In this document: in pieces, positions 1-8,220 of the stretch
Position numbering within the stretch: position 1 is the stretch's first letter
Layout of the letters: each line of letters starts with the position of its first letter
DNA from: a virus
Lineage: Duplodnaviria > Caudoviricetes
Direction: 5' to 3' (one strand)
Virus record (IMG/VR): IMGVR_UViG_3300037484_000186
Coordinates: 1-46,966 of that record
DNA length: 46,966 nt
Program-made: the position numbers and the translations under genes
The notes under the pieces: model-generated
Told to the model about the DNA's origin: nothing
The model's input: the letters and a program-made list of their open reading frames with translations, nothing else
Databases searched by the model: none

Positions 1-32
1 CCGTCATCATTGTTGTCATGAAACGCTGACAA

Positions 33-320
33 GTGTCAGGTATTGCTGGTTTGTTAAATACCGTGTCGCTCCCGACGTGGGCCACGGCCTGTATTGCCTT
101 CACTTCAGTATTGGTCTCGGAGATTGCGTGGGTTCTTTGTGTTCGATGGACCGCCCACACAAAAACTTTCAAGGCCGCATGCGGGGCTTCAGGCATGGTC
201 ATAGTCGGCTGGTTTGGGTTGATCGTGTTGCTCGGCAACCCTCTGGTGGCCATCCCATTTGAGATGGCTGGAGCTTTCGCTGGAACCTACATCGCAATAA
301 AGATCGACAAGGGGAGATGA
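33..320 (+). CDS. Small multi-pass membrane protein (holin-like or hypothetical)
   Basis: 95 aa with about three hydrophobic segments and a basic C-terminus; abuts the next ORF; lies in the lysis/late region. Confidence 0.5.
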   Translation: MSGIAGLLNTVSLPTWATACIAFTSVLVSEIAWVLCVRWTAHTKTFKAACGASGMVIVGWFGLIVLLGNPLVAIPFEMAGAFAGTYIAIKIDKGR

Positions 321-605
321 ATGCAAAGGACAATTTCGTGGGAGAACCCCACAACGTACACCGATGGAACTCCTATCGGTTCCGAGGGATCTACCCTCTT
401 CGTGCATGTCTGGAAGGATGGGGTTGAGGTCTACCAGACGCTCCCCAACATAACCACGTTCCCCATCGAGGTAAACCCCGGTGTGACAAACGCGTGGCAG
501 CTTCAGGCGGAACTTAACGGGCAGAAGAGCGCACTCTCCCCCGCGTACTCTTACACCGAACCTTTTCAGGTACCGATGTCCCCGGTCAATCTCCGGGTTT
601 CCTAA
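321..605 (+). CDS. Single fibronectin type III-like domain protein
   Basis: ISWENPTTYTDGTP...VHVWKDG...GQKSALS...PMSPVNLRVS pattern typical of phage Fn3 modules; GGGGAG SD upstream. Confidence 0.55.
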   Translation: MQRTISWENPTTYTDGTPIGSEGSTLFVHVWKDGVEVYQTLPNITTFPIEVNPGVTNAWQLQAELNGQKSALSPAYSYTEPFQVPMSPVNLRVS

Positions 606-660
606 GGGGCATCTGGGAAGCCATCGTCCGTTTTTTCCGAAATTTATTTGGAGGTAGTGC

Positions 661-1101
661 ATGAGTTTCCTCGCAGCAATCCCGATTATTGGGAACGTAA
701 TTGATGGCATCTTTGGCACTATCGACAAACTTGTCCTAGACAAAGATGAAGCCGCTAAACTCAAAGCCGAGATACAACTCCAAACCATGAAACTCGACTA
801 TGGGGCATTTGAGGCAGAGATCAATGCACGCTCCGCGATCATCCAAGCTGAGGCGAAAGGTGAGTCGTGGACGCAGCGCAACTGGCGACCAATCTTGATG
901 CTTTCCATTGTCGCGATCATTGTCAATAACTATCTGGTCTTCCCGTACATGGATCTGTTTGGCTACCAAGCAACCCTCCTTGAACTCCCTGATCGCATGT
1001 GGGGTCTCATGGAGATCGGCGTTGGTGGCTACGTTCTGGGTCGCTCAGGAGAGAAGATTATAACGCAGGTGTTCAAGAAACCAACAGGAGGTAAAGAGTA
1101 A
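661..1101 (+). CDS. Holin (3TM holin family)
   Basis: GGAGGT SD; motif AEAKGESWTQRNWRP, hydrophobic helices and GGYVLGRSGEK C-terminus characteristic of this family. Confidence 0.75.
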   Translation: MSFLAAIPIIGNVIDGIFGTIDKLVLDKDEAAKLKAEIQLQTMKLDYGAFEAEINARSAIIQAEAKGESWTQRNWRPILMLSIVAIIVNNYLVFPYMDLFGYQATLLELPDRMWGLMEIGVGGYVLGRSGEKIITQVFKKPTGGKE

Positions 1102-2600
1102 TGAACATTTCCAAAGTTGTTTCTGCTACGCAAGACAAAGCTTTTTGTATGTTGGGCGCGGATGAGTTCTGGCCCAACGCTGACATGACGGCCACTTGTG
1201 AACGCGTGGTCGGCCAGCGAGTTTCCAAAGGAGCAAACTTCTCGGTCATTGACGCTATTCACGCTATTGGCCTCGGAGCAGAGACCGTGTTGTACGACGC
1301 CATCCCTGAGGTTGCTTACGCAGCCACAGGAGGGCTCACCGAAGTCAAAGTGCTTGCGGCGGGACTCGGTTATTCCGTAGGAGACCTGCTTACGCTGGCT
1401 CAGGCTGGCGGGAGTGAAGCCAACGGGATTGTCAAGGTTGCTCAGGTGTACGGAGACGGTTCCGTCAGGTCGGTGGTCATCAGTGCGGCAGGAACCGCAT
1501 ACGCCCTCGGAGTGACCGCAACAGTCGGTTCTGGTGGAACCACAGGTTCTTCCGGCGCGACCTTTACGGTTGTGAGTGTGGCTGGTGCCCCGACGCTTGA
1601 CAACGAGACCATCACCATCCCCGGTCTTGCTGCAGCCCTTGCCGCACCGGGTACTACCTACAAAGTATATGTTCATGGCATCGAATACATTTTGTCTACG
1701 GACTTCTCTCGCTCTGGTGACGACATCACCTTCACCCCCGGAACAGTCGCAGTCGGTGGTTTGAAAGTCCTCACCATGACGGACGACGGGGTTGGGTATG
1801 CGGAAGACGAAACCATCGCTCTCTCGCAGACTGGTGGAACCGAAGCTGGTGGTGTGGTCACTGTGGACACCGTTGACGGTTCTGGGAACATCCTCACCTA
1901 CCACATCTCCGCTGCAGGAACTGCGTACCTTGTCGGTGCGTTGACTTCTGCTGCTGGGTCTGTCGCTGGGACTGGCGCTGTGTTCACTGCGGATGTTGTC
2001 GGCAAATGGCCGATGGACCACCAGAGTGTCAAGGTGGTTGTCACTACCGCTGTGGATGCGTATGCATTCGCTTGCCCGACCGCATGGACCGCCAACGAGG
2101 AATCCAACTCTACTGGTGCATTGGTTGTGTCAGCGACCACCGGAGCAGAAGAGGCGTATGTGGCTATGACCATCACCACGCACTACACCTTAGCAGACCA
2201 AGTGGTCACCCTGACCGCAGCCGGTGTTGCATTACTCACCGCTGGTACAGATCTCCTCAAGATCTCCCACACGTTCGCCAAGTGGAACAAGATCCCCACT
2301 TCCTACGTGATTGGGGCAGGAGAGGTTATAAAGGTGTGGGACGGGGCCGCAGTTCTTCCTGCGGACGCTGACACCCTCAAGACCGTGACAACTCACTATG
2401 TTGTGACCGATGCGACCGTTGTCACTCTCGAAGATGCGTATGCACCTGCTGCTGGGGTTGTCGTTACGGTAGTGCTTAGGTCTCCAGCGGTGGTGATCGT
2501 GCAAAGCGATTTCCTCGCATTCGTCTCGACCCATGGGGGATACAACTACAGGCAGTTCGTCCCTGCGGCCACAACTGCGGGTTCGCTCGCCTATGTCTAA
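1101..2600 (+). CDS. Putative virion structural/adhesin protein with duplicated beta-rich GxGY repeats
   Basis: 499 aa rich in Ala/Val/Thr/Gly; two copies of GxGY...GG(S/T)EAxGxVxV...G...ISAAGTAY; repeated TTHY motifs; translationally coupled to the holin. Confidence 0.6.
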   Translation: MNISKVVSATQDKAFCMLGADEFWPNADMTATCERVVGQRVSKGANFSVIDAIHAIGLGAETVLYDAIPEVAYAATGGLTEVKVLAAGLGYSVGDLLTLAQAGGSEANGIVKVAQVYGDGSVRSVVISAAGTAYALGVTATVGSGGTTGSSGATFTVVSVAGAPTLDNETITIPGLAAALAAPGTTYKVYVHGIEYILSTDFSRSGDDITFTPGTVAVGGLKVLTMTDDGVGYAEDETIALSQTGGTEAGGVVTVDTVDGSGNILTYHISAAGTAYLVGALTSAAGSVAGTGAVFTADVVGKWPMDHQSVKVVVTTAVDAYAFACPTAWTANEESNSTGALVVSATTGAEEAYVAMTITTHYTLADQVVTLTAAGVALLTAGTDLLKISHTFAKWNKIPTSYVIGAGEVIKVWDGAAVLPADADTLKTVTTHYVVTDATVVTLEDAYAPAAGVVVTVVLRSPAVVIVQSDFLAFVSTHGGYNYRQFVPAATTAGSLAYV

Positions 2601-2817
2601 ACCGATCGATTCCAACGCCTCAGCGCTTAATGATCTCTTCAGTGAGACCGTAAAGGCGCTCTCAGCGAAGATTGCGAGCGGTAAAGCCTCTGCGAGCGAT
2701 CTTAAGAACGCGATTCAGCTTCTGAAGGACAACAATGTCACCTGTGAAGTCAAAAAGGCAGACCCATTTGAACGCCTGAGCGATCCGCTCCCCTTCACAG
2801 CAGAACCCGAGCAATAG
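2593..2817 (+). CDS. terS: Terminase small subunit (T7 gp18-like)
   Basis: MSKPIDS... with ASASDLKNAIQLLKDNNV motif and LPF C-terminus; immediately upstream of terL. Confidence 0.85.
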   Translation: MSKPIDSNASALNDLFSETVKALSAKIASGKASASDLKNAIQLLKDNNVTCEVKKADPFERLSDPLPFTAEPEQ

Positions 2818-2829
2818 TCAAGCAAAATC

Positions 2830-2875
2830 AGGGGGTTACCCGCCTATCTGCAAAAAGGTAGGTGAGTAACCCCCT
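2830..2875 (+). promoter_or_regulatory. Long intergenic stem-loop, possible RNase III processing site
   Basis: AGGGGGTTAC-CCGCCTATCT / AGGTAGGTGA-GTAACCCCCT, about 20 bp imperfect stem with no U-tract; same position as T7 R18.5 between terS and terL. Confidence 0.45.
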
Positions 2876-2943
2876 CCCATTGCGTATTGCGTCGAGCCCA
2901 CCCCCCAAAGAATTAGAAATTTGGGCATTCCTGAAGAGGTTTT

Positions 2944-4605
2944 ATGACCCCTGACGAAAAATTGGTCCTTGAGGACTTCCGAAACTTCCTTTTCATAGTC
3001 TGGAAGCACCTACGATTGCCTGACCCTACCCCCATGCAATACGAGATCGCGGAATACCTCCAGCACGGCCCGAAACGACAGATCATCGAGGCATTCCGTG
3101 GGGTGGGGAAGAGTTGGATCACATCTGCATTCGTTTTATGGAGGTTGCTACGTGACCCCAATGAAAAGTTTCTTATCGTATCAGCTTCCAAGCAACGATC
3201 CGATGACTTCTCGATATTTACCCAGCGACTCATTACCGAGATGCCCATTCTGCAACACCTTGCTCCCACAGACGACCAGAGAAGCTCTAAGATTGCATTT
3301 GATGTTGCTCCAACCAGAGCTGCGCATGCTCCATCCGTCAAATCTGTGGGTGTATTTGGACAGATGACTGGTTCTCGTGCTACTCACATCATCGCTGATG
3401 ACGTGGAGGTGCAGAACAACAGTGACACGGAAGATAAGAGGGACAAGCTCCTGCAGACGGTCATGGAGTTCGAAGCCATCATCGTCCCTGAGCTTGGGCG
3501 CATTACTTACCTCGGTACGCCACAGACAGAAGCTTCGGTCTACAACAAGCTTAGGGAGAAGGGGTACCACTGCCGCATCTGGACCTCAAGATACCCATCT
3601 GAATCAGAACTCAGCAAGTATGAGGGGTTCCTAGCCCCTTCGATAGTGGAAGCGCTGGCGAAGAATCCTAAGTTAGTCGGGTCTCCAACTGACCCCAAGC
3701 GCTTCACTGCGATAGACCTCTTGGAAAGAGAGGCCGCGTACGGGCGCACAGGCTTTGCGCTTCAGTTCATGCTGGACACAAGCCTCAGCGACATGCTGCG
3801 TTTCCCGCTCCGAACATCCGACCTCATCGCTCTGGAATGTGCAGGGCTGAAGGGGCCTATCTCTATCGGATGGGCGTCGGGCTTGGCTCAACAGATTAAG
3901 GAGTTACCTAACGTAGGTTTCACTGGAGACCGCATCTTCAGACCTATGTTCATTGATGAGAAGTGGACGGAGTATGAAGGTGCGGTAATGACCATAGACC
4001 CATCAGGGAGGGGAAGAGATGAACTCGGTTTTGCGGTGGTTAAGCAACTTATGGGCGTACTGTATTGCACGTGTTGTGGAGGACTACAAGGCGGCTACGA
4101 AGAATCAAACCTAGTCAAGCTAGCGAACATAGCCAAGGATCACCAAGTCAAGTACATCATCATTGAGTCTAACTTCGGTGATGGCATGTTCACTAAGATT
4201 CTTCAGCCTATCCTTGGAAAGATATACCCATGCACTACCGAAGAGATCAGACACAATGTCCAGAAGGAAAAGAGGATTATCGATACACTAGAACCAGTCA
4301 TCAACAGGCATAGACTGGTCTTCGATGTCGATCTGCTTAAGAAAGACTTGGTGTACGAAGACGTTCGATACTCCCTCCTCTACCAGCTCACCCACATCAC
4401 CAAGGACAGAGGAAGTCTGAAGCACGACGATAGACTGGATGCCTTAGCTATGGCTGTCGCCTACTGGGTTGAGAGCATGGTTAGAGACGAGAAGACAGCG
4501 ATAGATGACCATCGTTCTCGACTTCTCGATGAAGAACTCACCACCTTCATGGACAACATACTGGGCTCTACACCTAAGAGTAACTCTTGGTGTAGACTTA
4601 GGTAG
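2944..4605 (+). CDS. terL: Terminase large subunit (T7 gp19-like)
   Basis: Walker A AFRGVGKS, Walker B IIADDVE, YLGTPQ, nuclease motifs IDPSGRGRDE and HDDRLDAL. Confidence 0.97.
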   Translation: MTPDEKLVLEDFRNFLFIVWKHLRLPDPTPMQYEIAEYLQHGPKRQIIEAFRGVGKSWITSAFVLWRLLRDPNEKFLIVSASKQRSDDFSIFTQRLITEMPILQHLAPTDDQRSSKIAFDVAPTRAAHAPSVKSVGVFGQMTGSRATHIIADDVEVQNNSDTEDKRDKLLQTVMEFEAIIVPELGRITYLGTPQTEASVYNKLREKGYHCRIWTSRYPSESELSKYEGFLAPSIVEALAKNPKLVGSPTDPKRFTAIDLLEREAAYGRTGFALQFMLDTSLSDMLRFPLRTSDLIALECAGLKGPISIGWASGLAQQIKELPNVGFTGDRIFRPMFIDEKWTEYEGAVMTIDPSGRGRDELGFAVVKQLMGVLYCTCCGGLQGGYEESNLVKLANIAKDHQVKYIIIESNFGDGMFTKILQPILGKIYPCTTEEIRHNVQKEKRIIDTLEPVINRHRLVFDVDLLKKDLVYEDVRYSLLYQLTHITKDRGSLKHDDRLDALAMAVAYWVESMVRDEKTAIDDHRSRLLDEELTTFMDNILGSTPKSNSWCRLR

Positions 4606-4733
4606 ACATGAAGGTGTCTGCTTAGGTGTCCTGTATAGGTTTCAGTGGTAGGTGTTGGTCATGCAAACACCTAAGTAACACCTAAATGACGAGTGTAGAC
4701 TTAGGTTTCTGCTTAGGTATACACATAAGCATA

Positions 4734-4749
4734 CTCCTGTAGTGGGGGG
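4734..4749 (-). promoter_or_regulatory. Putative phage RNAP promoter, leftward copy
   Basis: Minus strand reads CCCCCCACTACAGGAG, 15/16 identical to the motif at 26689. Confidence 0.4.
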
Positions 4750-4763
4750 AAAGGTGTAACCTA

Positions 4764-5117
4764 TTGAAAAGTAAGGTGTCCCTCAAGAGGGTAAAGATCC
4801 CTGAAAAGGTGTTGATTGCAGGAAAGTGGTGGAAGCTGGGTCACCTGACGAAGAAGGAAGCCCAGAGCAAAAACAAGGATGGACTCTTCACTCACGGACA
4901 GACCTACGATGGAGCCAAGATCATCAAGTATTACCCTGTGATGCACGGAGAGGAGATGCTAGATACTCTTCTCCATGAAGGTCTCCATGCAATACTCTCG
5001 GAACGCTCATGGGAGTTAGGTGGCTGGAAGGATGAAGAAAGAGCAGTCAGGCTGCTTGTCTGCGATGTGATGACATTTCTCAAGCAAGTTGCTGATGTGA
5101 ACCTCAAAGAAGCATGA
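4764..5117 (+). CDS. HExxH zinc metallopeptidase-like protein
   Basis: DTLLHEGLHA motif followed by DEERAV; G-rich SD upstream of a TTG start. Confidence 0.65.
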   Translation: MKSKVSLKRVKIPEKVLIAGKWWKLGHLTKKEAQSKNKDGLFTHGQTYDGAKIIKYYPVMHGEEMLDTLLHEGLHAILSERSWELGGWKDEERAVRLLVCDVMTFLKQVADVNLKEA

Positions 5118-5865
5118 TTGTCAACTTAGGGGGCACCTATTGTCAACCTGAGGGTTGCTTAGGTGCCCCCTTGTATTTTGGTAGAAATCTCTGAAACACC
5201 TACCGATGTTTGCGGGGGGTCAAAAACCCCCCATAGGGTCAAGAACCTGAGTCCAGTACACACCTAAGCAACACCCAATTCAACACACAAAGCATGTCCT
5301 AAGATCCTAACACCCTAATACATAAGAGATAACAAGGGACAGTGAGTCCACTGCTACACCAGAGCATGTCTATTGGTGGTCCAAGTGAGTGCTCAGGTGT
5401 GTGCGCAGCGCGTGTGTTTACTACCACCTGCCTCTTTTCAACAGCACACCTAAGCATCCAAGCGCACACCTGAGCACTGCTTGTGTCCTACCAAAGCCAT
5501 GCTTCCAAAGCATGGCGCTCGCCTAGCATTGGCTCACGCCACTTCGAGGCACTGCTCTTGTGCCTAGCCTATGGTGTGCCCACTCGCTCGCTATGTGTCT
5601 GGGCTATTGAACATAACCGCCCAGCCACCACCTACAAACGATTCGCTCATGTAATGCAGGGCGCTATTCGCTCATCCCGGTATCGCTCGACTCGGTCTGT
5701 GGGGTGTGTGTGTGGCTCGCTCCACTCCGAGGTGCCCCTGCAAATACGCTAAGGTCACGCCACAGGTGTTGCTTGTGTCATGCCCTTAGCAGCAGGGGGA
5801 AGCGTCACCTCTCCGTTCCACTTTAGTGAAGCCACACACTCTAAGACGCTGGAAGGAGCCAGAGC

Positions 5866-6180
5866 ATGACAAGCTACGAACTGAATCAGATGCTGATCGA
5901 AAGGTGCAACAGGCAGACCGAGAAGATCACCTGCCTCAAAATCGAACTCGAAGAGGCACAGGCAGTCAACTCAGATCTCAAGTCCACAGTGCGTGTAACT
6001 ATGGATGCCCTGAGCGTAGCAAAGGGCGGATACCAAGTGCGCAAGCAGAACCAAGGCACAGTCGAGAACCTCAGGCTTGCACTCGAAGGGCTCTTGACTG
6101 CACCAGAAGAGCAGCATGACGCGGCAATCGAGTTCGCAACCAAGATCATGTCACTGACAGAAAGCGAGGTCAGCTTCTAA
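5866..6180 (+). CDS. Hypothetical early protein, coiled-coil
   Basis: AAGGAG SD; helical heptad-like composition; stop overlaps the next start. Confidence 0.7.
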   Translation: MTSYELNQMLIERCNRQTEKITCLKIELEEAQAVNSDLKSTVRVTMDALSVAKGGYQVRKQNQGTVENLRLALEGLLTAPEEQHDAAIEFATKIMSLTESEVSF

Positions 6181-6419
6181 TGCCCTACACCCGAGCAGAC
6201 ATAGGCAAGACAGTAGCACCTCACATACCACAACCACTGCACGAAGAACAAGTGCAGTTCACAGACGATAGACCAGACGAACCTACCAAGTGCTCGATAT
6301 GCAAGGGCACAGGCGAGGTCAGGTTCGACTACATCAACAAGCACAAGGTCATCATCAACGGATATGTTTTCAAGCCGGGTGTGAACGTGGTCTGCAAGCC
6401 GTGCGAATGCATGGACTGA
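6180..6419 (+). CDS. Small zinc-finger protein
   Basis: CSICKGTG and CKPCEC motifs (DnaJ-like CxxCxGxG). Confidence 0.65.
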   Translation: MPYTRADIGKTVAPHIPQPLHEEQVQFTDDRPDEPTKCSICKGTGEVRFDYINKHKVIINGYVFKPGVNVVCKPCECMD

Positions 6420-6762
6420 TCTAACCTTATGGCCTTAGGCAGAGGCGAGAGCCAAAGCCGAAGGCCATAGGTCTACTGATTATAAACAAAGTCAACGGCA
6501 ACACCCAAGCAGACACCTAACGCATACAAAGGAGGAGACGGTGAAAATGAATAGAGCTTGGTTCACCGGCTCTCGTTCAAATCCCTTCCTCCGCTACCGC
6601 AGGGGGTGGTCTTCGCTCAAACATGATGCTATCGCTCGACGAGGCGTCACCGCCCTGCAGTCGCTCCGGCCCTTCGGGTGCAGGGATTTTCACTCATTAG
6701 ATCATGGCGGAGGCGGAGCCGAGCATGCTCGCTCCTTCGTCGCTGTGCGAAAGGAGCTGACC

Positions 6763-6909
6763 ATGCACGAAGTCCACGGACAGAACAAGAAAACCCTCAA
6801 ATACGAAATGATTGCAAGCGAGATCAGCAAGCAAGAGCTGGATATGCTTCTCAAGCAGGAGCGAGACAACTACGTCTACATGACAGTATCGCGACTGCGA
6901 TATCGGTAG
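6763..6909 (+). CDS. Hypothetical early protein (48 aa)
   Basis: AAGGAG SD before ATG 6763 (MHEVHGQ...); the upstream part of the track ORF crosses a structured non-coding block. Confidence 0.6.
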   Translation: MHEVHGQNKKTLKYEMIASEISKQELDMLLKQERDNYVYMTVSRLRYR

Positions 6910-6961
6910 CCAACCAAGATCAAAGGTGAGGTGCTGAAAGCACCGAACGAAGGAGGAAGTC

Positions 6962-7201
6962 ATGATCCGTCTGAGCCCGAACGTGATCTACAACGCCTCG
7001 ATCAAGCCGCTGATCGCCAAGGACGAGAAGACCAAGGAAGTGAAATGGCCGGGATTCAGGCTCGACCACTACGTCAAGAGCCCGAACTTCCTCGTCACCG
7101 TCACGTCCACTGCGGACACCAGCAAGTACGAGCCCATCGACCGCAAGGCGGGCTCCAAGCACGCCGAACAGATGGCGGCTGCGCGGGTCACGAGCACGTA
7201 G
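6962..7201 (+). CDS. Hypothetical early protein
   Basis: AAGGAGG SD; strong C/G third-position codon bias. Confidence 0.7.
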   Translation: MIRLSPNVIYNASIKPLIAKDEKTKEVKWPGFRLDHYVKSPNFLVTVTSTADTSKYEPIDRKAGSKHAEQMAAARVTST

Positions 7202-7284
7202 CGTAGACCAAGCTCTCATGCATCAACCGTGCGTCAGCCCGAGAGGGCGAGGGTGCGTGAGGGCTTGGATGTATGCTTTTGTGC

Positions 7285-7313
7285 TTGACAAGTCTTTCGG
7301 GGCTTGCTATGCT
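7285..7313 (+). promoter_or_regulatory. Host sigma70-type early promoter
   Basis: TTGACA (7285-7290), 17 bp spacer, TATGCT (7308-7313); the spacer carries the inverted repeat CAAGTCT-TTCG-GGGCTTG. Confidence 0.75.
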
Positions 7314-7338
7314 TGGGAGAATGGCGAGAGAGGAGGCT

Positions 7339-7425
7339 GTGAAAATGAGTAAAACCGAGCAGTGGCTGCTCCTGTTCAACGTGGTCATATGGGGCTACGT
7401 GGCGCTGTGGATAATCGCGAGATGA
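7339..7425 (+). CDS. Micro-ORF, 28 aa hydrophobic membrane peptide
   Basis: AGGAGG SD, GTG start; MKMSKTEQWLLLFNVVIWGYVALWIIAR. Confidence 0.6.
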   Translation: MKMSKTEQWLLLFNVVIWGYVALWIIAR

Positions 7426-7438
7426 AAAGGAGAAGGCT

Positions 7439-7537
7439 GTGAAAACCCTGTGGCTATTGCTGGGCTTTGGTTCGTGGGAGTCAGGTGTGGGCGTTGCATT
7501 GCTCATGGCGGCGCTGAGGGACAGGGGGAGATTGTGA
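7439..7537 (+). CDS. Micro-ORF, 32 aa hydrophobic peptide
   Basis: AAGGAG SD, GTG start; MKTLWLLLGFGSWESGVGVALLMAALRDRGRL; GTGA overlap with the next ORF. Confidence 0.5.
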   Translation: MKTLWLLLGFGSWESGVGVALLMAALRDRGRL

Positions 7538-7650
7538 AAATCAACTTCCAGCACAGCAAGGTGAACCAACTCACGGTCACTCTCAAGCGAGAGTCACCGG
7601 GGGAGTACTACGGTGCTTATTACCAGCGTGTGAACCGCAAGTACCTTTAA
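7534..7650 (+). CDS. Micro-ORF, 38 aa
   Basis: GGGGGAG SD, GTG start; MKINFQHSKVNQLTVTLKRESPGEYYGAYYQRVNRKYL. Confidence 0.55.
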   Translation: MKINFQHSKVNQLTVTLKRESPGEYYGAYYQRVNRKYL

Positions 7651-7660
7651 GGAGGAACCA

Positions 7661-7870
7661 GTGGAATCAGAGCACACATGGCACTCCATTGGCGACAGGG
7701 TGCAAAGAGCGCGCCCAATCGATGCCATAGGCCACACCAAGCAACTCACAGGTCCGATCTTGACTGTGACCAAGATCCGCAACCACAAGCCCATTGATGG
7801 GCCAGAGATGCGCAACACCGTAGCAGAGCTGGACGATGGCTCATGGGATTTCGTCTGGAACTTGTATTAA
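7661..7870 (+). CDS. Hypothetical early protein (small beta/SH3-like)
   Basis: AAGGAGG SD; 69 aa. Confidence 0.65.
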   Translation: MESEHTWHSIGDRVQRARPIDAIGHTKQLTGPILTVTKIRNHKPIDGPEMRNTVAELDDGSWDFVWNLY

Positions 7871-7882
7871 GAGGAGGAGCTA

Positions 7883-8017
7883 GTGAAAATCCTGCTGATC
7901 GTCTACACCCTGCTCTTGCTGTGTCTCTTCGAACTCAGAACACACGATCCAATTGCTGAGGCATGGCAGTGCAGGTGTGACACCTGCTGTGAATATCTTG
8001 AGGAGGTAGCGAAATGA
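7883..8017 (+). CDS. Micro-ORF, 44 aa with N-terminal hydrophobic helix and Cys cluster
   Basis: GAGGAGG SD; MKILLIVYTLLLLCLFELRTHDPIAEAWQCRCDTCCEYLEEVAK. Confidence 0.55.
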   Translation: MKILLIVYTLLLLCLFELRTHDPIAEAWQCRCDTCCEYLEEVAK

Positions 8018-8094
8018 GTCTGGTCATCATTCTGCTGTGCACCACTGGCTGGGGCTACTTGCTCTACCGGGTCATCGAGGACAGCGAGCTGTGA
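8014..8094 (+). CDS. Micro-ORF, 26 aa hydrophobic peptide
   Basis: GAGGAGGT SD and ATGA overlap; MSLVIILLCTTGWGYLLYRVIEDSEL. Confidence 0.55.
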   Translation: MSLVIILLCTTGWGYLLYRVIEDSEL

Positions 8095-8144
8095 TCGAGC
8101 TGATGCTTGCTGGTGTGCTGATCTGGTTCGCGTTGTTCGATTGA
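8091..8144 (+). CDS. Micro-ORF, 17 aa hydrophobic peptide
   Basis: GTGA overlap, GAGG upstream; MIELMLAGVLIWFALFD. Confidence 0.4.
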   Translation: MIELMLAGVLIWFALFD

Positions 8145-8151
8145 CCAAGAT

Positions 8152-8214
8152 GTGGCATTTACCGCTGGTCTGCAGCCAGCTGACTGACCCCGGTCAAGGT
8201 AAGGGGTATGCCAC
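8152..8214 (+). ncRNA. Putative branched structured RNA preceding the tRNA-like pair
   Basis: Nested helices GTGGCAT/ATGCCAC and TTACC/GGTAA enclosing hairpins GCTGG-TCTGCAG-CCAGC and TGAC-CCCG-GTCA. Confidence 0.4.
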
Positions 8215-8220
8215 TCAAAT

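Larger units (their letters stand above)
4571..5474. repeat. Clustered short (CA)CCTAAG repeats in both orientations, probable genome-terminus region
   Basis: CACCTAAG at 4571, 4668, 5261, 5447; CTTAGG(T) at 4597, 4621, 4700, 4712, 5125, 5158; variants at 4679, 5298, 5467; resembles the T7 CCTAAAG short repeats flanking the terminal repeat. Confidence 0.7.
5584..6734 (+). repeat. Two clusters of TCGCTC motifs in hairpin-rich non-coding DNA
   Basis: TCGCTC at 5584, 5643, 5668, 5683, 5717 and 6613, 6632, 6661, 6729; TATCGCTCGAC is shared at 5681 and 6630. Confidence 0.55.

Noticed and set aside
5117-5147. Leftward sigma70 promoters from two TTGACA on the minus strand (ATTGTCAAC x2)
   Set aside because: No acceptable -10 hexamer at 16-18 bp from either copy.
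4571-5474. CRISPR array
   Set aside because: Repeats are only 6-14 bp, irregularly spaced and in both orientations.
5483-5752. 89-aa ORF in the terminal region
   Set aside because: No SD and it runs through the repeat/hairpin field; probably non-coding.
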